Shown piece by piece: positions 25,459 to 36,611 of a stretch of 64,000 bases of DNA; position 1 is the first letter of the stretch; each line of letters starts with the position of its first letter. The notes under the pieces were generated by a model. That model had not been told where the DNA came from and ran no database searches. It saw only the letters and a list, made by a program, of their open reading frames with translations. Source of the DNA: Chiloscyllium plagiosum (taxonomy: Eukaryota); NCBI RefSeq assembly GCF_004010195.1, contig NC_057753.1, positions 8,805,484-8,869,483 on the forward strand. Direction: 5' to 3'. The translations under genes were made by a program, and so were the position numbers.

Positions 25459-25522
25459 ACGGATTGTTGCAAGAACGGGATAATAAATTGCAAGCACTAA
25501 ATCTTCTGGTGATGACTGAAAT
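25459..25522 (-). pseudogene. GPR139-like copy 3, exon 1 remnant
   Basis: QSSPEDLVLAIYYPVLATIR* matches the AIYYPLLAAI motif; no start codon or donor visible. Confidence 0.65.
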
Positions 25523-27400
25523 TTTGGTGAAAGCTCTAAGCATCTCCTTAATCATGTTTATAGATGGTCATATTTCCTCTTCATCTCTTTTTCCATGCGG
25601 AATATTAGTTGGTTTTGCCTGTTAATGACACTAATTCAATGGGAAGAAGTAACACAAATTCATGAAATGATGGCTGGTCTTGCCAATGTGTTTTATGTAA
25701 GGGATATTTCTGCAATTGCATTTTTCCCAATATTGAAACACACAGAGACGATTTAAAAAAAACTAGTCAGCCTCTTCTTTTGTTCACCCAAAACAAAATA
25801 CAATGTTCAATGAAAAAATTGGCGATTTCACATGAAAGTTGTCATTGGCACCAAATAATTATTACTTTTAGTCCTTCATGCTAAATTCAGTGATCATTGC
25901 ACAAGTTACAACTGAGCATGAACATGTTGATTTACATAAATTGATAAATGCCAAATTTAACTGACATTGTATAAGCGCTTTCACAGTTTCCTGTGTTTTC
26001 ATTGTGGAGACGTGCAGTTCAGAAATATTTTAATTAGTCATCAAATGCCATATTCAGCTTAATTTTGGCATCAATTATTGCAGCCCAGATTAATGATATC
26101 CTTTGTGTACGCGTTCTCATGATAGTGGTGACCTTGACAATGGAAATGTTCATTCCAGTATGGTTGCACTCAATTCCATTTCTGCACAGGTAAATTCTGT
26201 GCAGGCAGCTGTAACAACTACTGCAATAGTTAGTGCTGATTAATCCAGGAGAAACATAGTGTGATTTTGTTGAAAGTCTCGTTTAGTATCATTAATTTCA
26301 GCGCAGACGTACCTGCAGCAACATTGTTATAATTAGTATTAACATTTTCAGGTCAGCACATTAACGATTATGGTGAATATAACCAAGGTAGAATATGACC
26401 ACTCCGTTTTACCCGGTGAATTACAGTACATCACACATTTAGTGAAAACATATACAGGTTAAAGGCGCCACATTCAATGTACATAGGCTTAGTACAATGA
26501 ATTATTATTTAGTTTACAAACATCCAGTTTCATGCTCTGAGCTGACAAGATGTTATTCAGGATGATAACTTTCAGTGTGTATAGGTCCACCTCAAACTTT
26601 TACTGTCAGTGTGGGATGCAACACAGCCTAAAGGTCAAGTTCCGTTTTAAATAACAGCAAAATTAACTAGAATTAATGTTCAGGAGCTGCAGCACCTATC
26701 GCCATATACTGTCAGACCTGCTGAACATTTTCACAATTTAATAGTTATTCTTCAATTTAAATGTCTCACACCTTCTGTACTCTGTTTATACTTGTACTGG
26801 AATAGTTCCGAACATGTTAACTCATAATGAACATGGTTAGATCAGGACAACACTTTACAGTTTATACAGATCAAGTTATGCAATGTCAGTTTTGGCATGG
26901 ACTTCACTCTGCTTTGCATGTATTGTGAAAACCTTCAGTTCATTCCCTTCCACTTCAATGCCTGGCTCTCCAGTTTTCCTTTGACAGTTTTGGATGCCTA
27001 ATATCACAGATTCTTTAAATGTCTTCGGTCAAAACTATGCACTTTCAATAAACAAGCAACGCTCCCCAATTAATCTCAACCTATAGTCTTGAATGTAAAT
27101 CAAACACTTTTCATTGCTCAATAATTTCCTCAATTTATGTTTTTAAGCAAACAATGTATGTTTTAATCCACTACATCCTTCATATAAATATATTTCCACA
27201 TGTCACCTCATGTGCCATAGCCATGTCTGCATTTCGTGATATGTGTGCAGTCTGCTTGTTCTAGTTCTAAACGTCCAATTTGCCTGACATCTCTATCAGT
27301 CCACTAACCCCTTCTATATCCCTTTCCTGAGCCTGATGCTCCAATAATCACTGATCTCTGACATTAAAAACTGCTCTTGGTAAGGTTTGATATTAGAACC

Positions 27401-27560
27401 GAGAGTGTGGTGCTGGAAAAGCACAGCAGGCCAGAGAGTATCCACGGAGCAGGAGATTCGACGTTTCACATAAGCCCTTCGTCAGGAATCATGCTGTGCT
27501 TTTCCAGCAGCACACTTTCGACTCTGATCACCAGCATCAGCAGTCCTCACATTCTCCCAG
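27401..27560. mobile_element. Short inverted Penelope pLTR insertion with hammerhead remnant
   Basis: gtgtggtgctggaaaagcacagca ... tgctgtgcttttccagcagcacac inverted repeat; imperfect TSD ttgatattagaacc (27387-27400) / ttgatgtcaggacc (27561-27574). Confidence 0.75.
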
Positions 27561-28114
27561 TTGATGTCAGGACCACAACACTTGCATGGATCAACTGGTT
27601 GGAAGGACCCAGTGATAAGATTAGGGCATTTTGAGAGCGTCCGCTGGCTATTCTGGGGCACAACCTGAGGCAGAGTCCAAGAACAATGTAGAATGAAACA
27701 GCATTTATAGTAAAAGACCAGTTTCTGATCTTGTCGAGTGTTCTGTTCCTGAGAAATGTCTCGGTTATTAACTGAAATCTGCGAATATTCCTCAGGTGAA
27801 TATCCCGCTCTGGATAGAGAAACAGAGGTGTGGTTTTAGCTCACTGACCTTTGTCATATCGCTGACCTAGTACTGGGTTACATTCTGGGAAAAGCTGCTT
27901 AGTTCGTTACACATTTTCTGCAAACTTACTCCGGTCATTAAACCAATTGAAAGGAGCTAGATTCGTCTCATTGGGTAGTTTGAATGTTTTCAGCAAATCT
28001 GATTCTGATATAATAAAGTTTTTTTTAGAAGTCCTGCTGTGAAGAATAGAAGGTTCGAACAGGAGTAAAGATGAGTCTTGTCGCTGCATGTCTTGTGGAG
28101 ATCAGTAAGTGCGA

Positions 28115-29600
28115 TTTTGCAGAAGATTTGTAGCTCAGGTTTTGAATCAGGTTGTAAGTTTGCTCGCTGAGCTGGTATATTTGTTCTCAGATCATGCTAG
28201 GTAACTTTATCAGTGAGCCTCCGATAAGCACTAATGGTCATTCCCACTTGATTTTTGTGTGTCTTGGTCTGTTGTCGTTGGTGATGTCGCTTATGGTTAA
28301 TTTTCCAACGGGTTCGTAAATGGGATTAAAATCGATATGTTTCAGAATGGAGTTCCTGTTTGAATGTCAGACCTCTCGGAATTGCTGCGTGTGTCTTTGT
28401 TTAGGCTGTCCCAGGATTTCCCTCCTTGTCTGTGTGTACGGATGCTAGTGATTGTTGGTCATGTCTTTTGGTGGTTAGTCAGTGCTCATGTATCCTGGTG
28501 ACGAGTTCCTGCCTATCAGTCTAATGTAATATTTGTTGCAATCCTTGCAGAGTATTTTGTATATTAAAATCGTTCTGCTGGTTTTTGGTATGGGTCCTTT
28601 AAATTCATCAAGAGCTGTTTCCGTGTGGTCGTAGGTTTGGAATCACCAATATCAGGACTCTTACACAAGCAGTTATGCCAAGGTTAGAACGAACAGCCCT
28701 TCCCACAATCCAGCCCAAGCTTTGGGTCTGCTATGTGTATGACACCTTGTCTTCATGATTCGTCAATAAATTCAAAGAAACGCATAAACACTATCCTAAC
28801 TGATAATATGTTCACCAAAGAGGAAGAAAACAATAACAACTGCCTCCCCGCCCCCAGATGTCACAGTAGAACGAAAAGCGAATGGAGAGCTGTAGACCAG
28901 CGTTTACAGGAAAGCCACACACACTGAACAGAAACTCAACTACAGAAGGAATCACCCCAACACCCACAAACGGAACCTACATCAAGACATTACTTAAACT
29001 AGCCACAACATACTGCAGCACCCAGGAACTACGGGAAGCCAAGGAAAAAAAGCATCTATGCAACTTATTCACGAACAACGGTGAATCGATAGGCACTGAT
29101 TCCAGCACAACAGACATAACCAGGAAGACACAACACGCCCAGAGATTCTAATCACCCTAGCATTGAAGACATCTCGGAGATGACCACCAGGCCACTCCGG
29201 CCCCAAGGCATCGTTCGCGCCCACAAGCCTACCACCACACTGAAATAAACTCCTGATGCACTTGAAGGACTCGGTACCAACAACTAACAGAATGAATGTC
29301 ATATACAAAATACCCACCAGGATTGCAACGAAAGTTATAGTGGACAGACGGGCAGGAAACTAGCCACTAGCACACATGAGCACCAACTGGCCACCAAAAG
29401 ACATGATCAACAACCATTGACATCCATACACACAGACAAAGAGGGACACCAGTTCGACTGTGACAATAATCCATCCTGGGACTGTCTAAGCAAAGACATG
29501 TACGGGAATTCCGAGAGGTCTGGCATTCAAACCCGAATTCCAATAACAGACATATCGATTTGGACCCCATTTGCTAACCTCTCTGAAAAAGACCCGGAAT
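28115..29600. mobile_element. Penelope-like element (family 2) in inverted arrangement: minus 28115-28645, plus 28650-29600
   Basis: GIY-YIG-region sequence (atatacaaaatac...ggattgcaac...catgagcac...ccaccaaaagacatga) is present on both strands; a third fragment is at 30030-30127 (minus). Confidence 0.8.
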
Positions 29601-30717
29601 ATGTTGTTGCGCAGATGTATCGCCGACGTGCAAATATAAACTCTGTCTAACTTCAACATCCTATTTTTCGAACTATGATATCGATCATAATCACAAAAGT
29701 TCAAAAGTCAAAATGCTCAAACTTTAACACAGTGCCCGAAGAAACAATTAGCTAACAACTGGAAGTAAATGTTTCCAAACTTATCTGGAGAATTTCGGTT
29801 ATGACCGGTCTTGAATTTTAAGTAGAAGGAAGGAAAGTTTGTCTCGAGGCTGTTTAATGTGGAGATGTGTCCCTATGTAAACTGACAGTGATTGGGCATC
29901 CCAATGCTCCCCGATGCAGGGCTGCCCGACCCTCAGGGCGGTTTCTTTCAAAGACTGCCCTCGGAGCTTCCAGCCGCACATCATGACGTACGAAAGGGCG
30001 GAACAGAACTGCGGGAGATGGTTCGATTGTCTCAGTCGAACTGGTGTCCCTCTTTGTCTGTGTGTATGGATGCCAGTGATTGTTGGTCATGTCTTTTGGT
30101 CGCTAGTTGGTGCTCATGAATGCTAGTATGTATGACTCCCTTCAACTGGGACAGTTGGGCTCAGATGTTAACTGCTGCACGGTCGCAGCAAAGAAAGTGA
30201 TGCCCACTTTGCAATAGATGCTGTAAAATTGCTGCGTGAAGACGAATTCTGAACACCAAGCAGACTACACAACAATGTCCTCATATGAATTTTCCTGAGG
30301 GAAGAGTGCTCGGTGTCCATTCCTCTCTGTCCCGCCATCACAGCATCTTTCTATCTCTCCGATAACAGACCTTTGGAACAAATACACAATCGAAGTTGCA
30401 CATTACCCATGCTTAAGTGTATCTGACACCTCCTACCCCAAGTGATTGCGAGAGAGAGAGAGAACAGAAGAGCGAATGGACTCTGTCCTCCCCCAGAACA
30501 GCTTGCAAGCAGAAATAAAATGGTTTAATTGTCCGCCATTGAAGAGAGCCCGGTTTCTGGAGAAGGGACTAACAGCAGCGTCCCGGGAGCAGGGAGTCAG
30601 AGTAGAAGCCAATGTTCTGGAAACTCTTTGCTGCTTGCAATTCTTGGACGATGTGGAATGTATTTCACAGTGAGCAAGTTTCAGCTGCTTCAGGAGGTAG
30701 GCGGAACAACGGCATGG

Positions 30718-30799
30718 CGCTCGTTGGTTTAGGGTACGGTTCCCACTTTGGATCTTGCAGACGTGCGAGAGGTCACAGGCTCGAATCTCGGGTAAGCCC
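30718..30799 (+). tRNA. Degenerate tRNA-Pro(TGG) with 11-nt anticodon-loop insert (probable pseudogene)
   Basis: cgctcgttggtttagggtacggttcccac-TT-TGG-A-[tcttgcagacg]-tgcgagaggtcacaggctcgaatctcgggtaagccc aligns to vertebrate tRNA-Pro (GGCTCGTTGGTCTAGGGG...GCGAGAGGTCCCGGGTTCAAATCCCGGACGAGCCC), with several stem mismatches. Confidence 0.75.
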
Positions 30800-31959
30800 T
30801 CATTTCTTAACTAGCCTTATGCAAAAATGCCCCATCAATTTTCTAAAAAAAAAACACTTCGTTAAAGAGGATCGGACTACCTGGGAGTGCTTATGGTCAG
30901 TAAATCCCTGTCTGACAGTGACAAGGAGTCAGATTCAATGGACACAAATGGGAATTCGGTGACCATGTTCAGAGTAACGATGTGCAGATTTACACGGAGA
31001 AGAAAAGAGAATGATATGAATAGAGGCACTCGTTTACTTACTGTGTAGAACCAGCAGAGCTAAGGTGGGCCGCATGGCCTCTCTCTGCGCTGAGATGCAT
31101 TGTGTGATTCAGAGTGAAATCACAGTTCGACCAACAGCATGTTCATATTAATACAACCTCCTCACGTAGCTCTGCACAGTCGCATGAAGTCCCTCAGCAG
31201 AAATTAAAAATCCTGAGTAAACACCATCTTCAAATAAATGGCCAGGCAATGGCAAACAGGCTGATTGGTGTGGCCATCGTGTATAAGGTCACAGGAGAAG
31301 AGAATGTTGTGAATCCTTCATTCACATTGATTCTCCCCCAGGAGAACTTGCTTGTAACTTTAAATTATGTCCTGTAGTGGTTTTCCAAACAGCTAACGAG
31401 AATAATGTTTCTGATCTGTGTTATCCAAACTATCAAAAGCTTGTACAACTCTCATATTTTGAATGATTGCACACTGTGAGGTTCAGCCTCAGATGATGAT
31501 CAAGAAGAGAGATGAAATCAGTAGCTGGGACTAAATACACTGACTTCAGGCTTTCCAATATTCAGAAGTTAAATGGAGGGAATTTCTGTCCATTCGCAAC
31601 TGAATGTCACACAGGTCAGCATAGTGTGGGACTTGGAGGTGAATTTGATGATAAGGTTATGAACAAATACCCGCTGCCAGGACTCTTAGAGGGGGTTCAG
31701 GATTTTAAATACCTCTTGTTGAACCACGGCAACCCCATTATCTCTCCAATATTTCGGACCAGATTCTCCTGTGGGTCCAAAAGAACTGACATCTTTCCTT
31801 CCCTGGAGGACATTTGTGGAACAGTTAAGACTTACCAATTTACCTCCAGAGACCATAAGATTCATTGAACTCAATTTAAATTTCTGCTTTTGTGGATCCA
31901 TGTCATTCACTTCTTAGATTGTAGTTAAACTCATTCCTGAGTTGGAGGAGTGGGCAGGT

Positions 31960-33850
31960 GAGGGTTAATGCAGGGAAGTGCGAGGTAATACACTTTCATA
32001 ACAAGAATATTCAAAGATGATGTAAAACAGGGGGCACTGTTTTAAAAATGGTGCAGGAGCAGAAGGACTTGGGTGTTTATGTGCATCAACGAAGGTGGCA
32101 GGACATGTGGAGAGTGAAAAGTTCATTAAACATCCAGTACTTTCAGCTTCATTTATGTGGGCAGACGATACAACAGCAGGGAGGTGATGTTGAACTTTAG
32201 ACCTCAGCTGGAGTTCTGTGCAGTTGGGACATTGGATGATTACTTGGACAGAAATGATGTCCAAAGATACGTGGTAAAGGCAAAAGATTACAGTAGAGAT
32301 TAGAAGTCGTGCATGCACGACGGGCTAAATGGCCCCTTTCTGTTCTGAAATGATTCTCTGATTATGTGAAGACTTTTTTGAAGGAGTAACAAAGAGGATT
32401 GATGAGGGCAGAGTTGTAGACGTGATCTATATGGACTTCAGTTGGGCGTTTGACAGGGGTCCCCAAGGGAGACTGGTTAGCAAGGTTAGATCTCATGGAA
32501 TATAGAGACAACTCGCCATTTGGAGACAGAACTGGCTTGAAGGTAGAAGGTGATGGTGGAGAGTTGTTTTTCAGACTGGAGGCCTATGACCAGTGGAGTG
32601 CCACAAGGATCGATGCTGGGTCCACTACTTTCCGTCATTTATAGAAATGATTTGGATGTGAACGTGGGAGGTATAGTTAGTAAGTTTGCAGAAGACACCA
32701 AAATTAGAGGTGCAGTGGACAGCGAAGAAGGTTACCCCCGATTACAATGGGATCTTGATCAGATGGGACAATGGGCTGAGGAGTGGCATATGGAGTTTCG
32801 TTTAGATAAATGCAGTCCTGGATTTTGGGAAAGCAAACCTTAGCAGGACGTATACATTTAATGGCAACGCCCGAGGGTGTGTTGCTGAACAAAGGGACCT
32901 TGGAGTTCAGGTTCATGGCTCCTTGAATGTAGAGTCGCGGATAGATAGGAGAGTGAAGAAGGCTTTTGGTATGCTTTCCTTTATTGGTCAAAGTTTTGAA
33001 CACAGGAGTTAGGAGGCCATGTTACAACTATACAGGGCATTGCTTCGGCCACTTTTGGAATGTTGCATGCAATTCTGGTCTCCTTCCTATCGGAAGGATG
33101 CTGTGAAACTTGCAAGGGTTCAGAACAGATTTACACGGATGCTGCTAGGGGAAAGCTACGGGGATTTGAGATATGGGGAGAGGTTGAATAGGCTAGGGCT
33201 GTATTTTCTGGACCTTCGGAGGCGAATAGGTGACTTTATAGGTTTTTATAAAATCATGAGGGGCGGGATAGGGTAAATAAACAAGGAGTGGGGAATCCAG
33301 AACTAGAGGCTCTATCATTGGGAGCTACACCTTCAGTTGCCTCATCCCCCAGGTCTGGAATTCCTTCTGTCGCTGCGTCTCACTTTTCTCCTTAATGCCT
33401 ACTTCTTTGCGCACGTATTTGGTCATCTACATCGTGACTTGTGACTCCATGGAAGAATGAATTTTACCCCCTTCCTGAGAAGTGCATTGGGATAATGTAT
33501 TATATGAATGGCTGTATGTAGATGGAACTTGTTGCTGACCGCACCCGTGGCCTCCTGTTTTACAGCAACCCATTAGAGTGAGAGGAGTAAGAGATAAAAG
33601 AGACCTAAGGAGCAACTTTTTCCACTGAGGGTGGTATGTGTGTGGAATAGGCTGCCCGAGGAAGTGGTGGAAGCTGGTACAATTGTAACATTTAAAAAGC
33701 ATCTGGTTGGGTATGTGAATCGGAAGGGTGTGGAGGAAAGTGGGCCAGGTGCTGGTAGGTGGGACTTTATTGGGTTGGGATATCTAGTCGGCATGGACGA
33801 GGTGGACCAAAGGGTTTGTTTCCGTGTTATACAGCTCTATGACTCTATGA
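31960..33850 (+). mobile_element. CR1 LINE fragments (old 31960-32365; RT to 3' end 32370-33850, interrupted at about 33310-33575)
   Basis: TSGVPQGSMLGPLL...SKFAEDTK; LQLYRALLRPLLE; WNRLPEEVVEA; ctctatgactctatga tail. Confidence 0.88.
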
Positions 33851-36009
33851 TTCCAAATGAACTTGGAAGTTAGACATTGTACTGTGTTGGAATGGAACTG
33901 ACAGACAGTTTGATGGAGCATCAGGACTGGGAATGTACTGAAACTGGCAGAATAGTGCAATAGAGATTTTGAGTCCTGAAGAGGTTCAGGAACTGTTGAG
34001 TTGGGAACAGTGTGGAATAAGTTACTCTTCTTGCTAAAATTTGTGCGTTTAACAGTGAATAAAGAGAGTTATGGCAGTATGTCAGTTGTAAAAGAGGAGT
34101 TGTGCTCAGGGAGCAAGTACTGTTGTCCTGTGCAGTACATTGTATTACACAAGGAAAAGAATCCTGTCATGAAACTGATCACTGGAAGTGGAAATTAACT
34201 GTGACAGAAAATAGCAAATAAGTGAGCAAATGAAACAGACCATTCTGATTTCAGCTAAACATGGAGCGAGTGTCAGATACAACACCTCATCGAACAGTGA
34301 GCAGCTGTTGCTGCTGTGTCCAAAACCAGGAGAGGTGACCTTGGACTCTGTTGGACTAATGTTCTGTTGTCTCTGCTCTGCCTTCCGTTTGTGAAAAAGG
34401 AGTGTTCACGTGTGCAGCCATAGGAGATAAAACCAGAGGATGGGCATAGTCAGGCATTCAATGGAATGGTGAAGATCTGCCCATAATCAGAGAGGAGCTC
34501 ACAACCTTCCCAGGTCCCTTTTCCCACTGACATTAAAGCTCTGGGCGAAGATAATATTAATGTCAGTTACTGCCTTATGAAAAATCAAAGACCTCCCAAG
34601 AAGAACTCAAGTATGTTCACAAACAGGTTTCAAAGCTGTTTCTGACAGATTTAAGAGGGGAAAGCACGAATGGTACTGATAGACTGCATCTGCAAATATT
34701 ATTAGTTTACTGTTTTACCGACCAGCAACATTCACGATCCTTACCCTGACTGTAAGAAGGAGGCCCATGAAGAATCTGAGAAAATCCCACTCAATTCACT
34801 GTTAAAGCAGGCTACTTTTTGCAAACATCAAAGATTTACAAAAATTGGTTTGAGGGGTAATCTACAAAGTTTGGAAACAATTGACGCCAAGCTGTGTAAC
34901 TGGCTCAAATTCCTTCCAAAGTCTGGGTTCACTGGAACACTCTCACGAGGTGCCTGTGTGTCGGTGCTTTTTCCAGTTAACTGATATTTGAAATCTTTTC
35001 CCACTAACAGTTCAAGGAACACTTTGAAATAACATTCAGGTCCTGATTAATTGAGTGACTCGGATCTTGGTATGATGTATGATTTAAGTTTCCCATCAAT
35101 AAATCCTCTTGTTCCAATGCACTGAAAAGATTACTGATAAATTTCAGCTTTATACCTATACTTACAAAATAGAAATTCTGTCTAAACGAATCCAGTTACT
35201 GTTGAATATTTTTCCTTCCTTCATTCCTCAATATGATAAATCGGAGTCCGAAATTCTGTCTCCTTCCTTCTGCCAAAATTCAAATTAAGCTTTGGATAAT
35301 TCTCTCTGAAACTGTTTTTTTTTATTATGGAATAGAGGCAGCAATACGTTTGATAATTCACTTTAGTCATTTATCATCACAAATCATTTACGTGATCATG
35401 CTTGAGTAATTAGACAAAATAGCAGATACTAGCTTCATGTTCAGAACTGATGTGTGGAGTTTCAAGAAGCAATGTGATTTACAGAATTGTTATGGCAAAG
35501 AAGGAGGCCATGCAACCCAATTTATCAGCACGGTTCTCAGAATAAGCTTCCTGACTTTAATTTCTCTGACTTCTCCCTGTCGGCCTATAAATTGTTTGTA
35601 GTCAAATAATCATCTATTGCCCTTGATTGAACCTGCCGAAACCACAGTTCAGTGCAAACTATTCCAGATCTAATTGCTAACTGTGTGAAATTTCTTTCTG
35701 ACATCACATTTCCTTGTCATGTAGTTTATTTTTGCGCTCTTATTCTCAATGCTTTTGTCAATGGGAAGTTTCTCACTATCTGTTCTGTATAGATAACTCA
35801 TGATTTTGAAAACTCCTTTTAAATTTCCTGTCCGCCTCCTCCAATCTAATTTTAGGCTGAAATTTGTCATGGCTGGAGGTATTCGTGTCAGGATAGTTTC
35901 TTCAATCTTCCCAGTATTCCTTTTGTTCCTTTTCTCCAGCTTAAACTCAACTAAATCTTGAATCAGTCTTGTGGTCCATTCTGTTTTTTAAAATTCTGTT
36001 TATGTTGAT

Positions 36010-36611
36010 TAATTAACTCCAATAAAGATTGGAAAGAATCAAAACACTGTTTCCAGCCCTTGCTCCAATCTTCATTCCTGAGCTACCGTCCCCATCTTTC
36101 TCATTAAGATTCGACCTGGCTGTTCACAATTTGGTGTCACATTTGATTGAGAGGAGCTACTGTTTACATATGGGTGCCATTACTAAGAACGGCTGTATCC
36201 ATCTCTGTCATCTCATTTGATCCTGTCCCTATCCCAGAGTAGCTTCTTCTGCAACTCTCACTCATCCTTTACTTACCGAAACTTCAAATTTGGAGGATGA
36301 CAGAGATAATGAGGGGTGAAGCCATCGGAAAATTTTAAGATAAAGATGAGAATTTAAAATCCAGACCTTGCTTGAATGGAAGTCAGTGCAAGTCAGTGAA
36401 CACAGGAGTGACAGAGGAATGAGACTAGACAACAAAGTTTCGGATGACTTCAAATTTACAGATTCAAGATCATTGAGCATAGCATTGAAATGCCTGAGCT
36501 TGAAGGTAAGTAAAGGATGAGTGAGAGTTGCAGAAGAAGCTACTCTGGGATAGGGACAGGATCAAATGAGATGACAGAGATGGATACAGCCGTTCTTAGT
36601 AATGGCATCCA
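36010..36611. repeat. L2-like remnant rearranged into a fold-back with 103-bp perfect inverted repeats
   Basis: 36175-36277 is the exact reverse complement of 36505-36607. Confidence 0.9.

Noticed and set aside
25540..26450. Possible fourth GPCR copy
   Set aside because: No DRF, AIYYP or NPxxY-like motifs found by eye on either strand.
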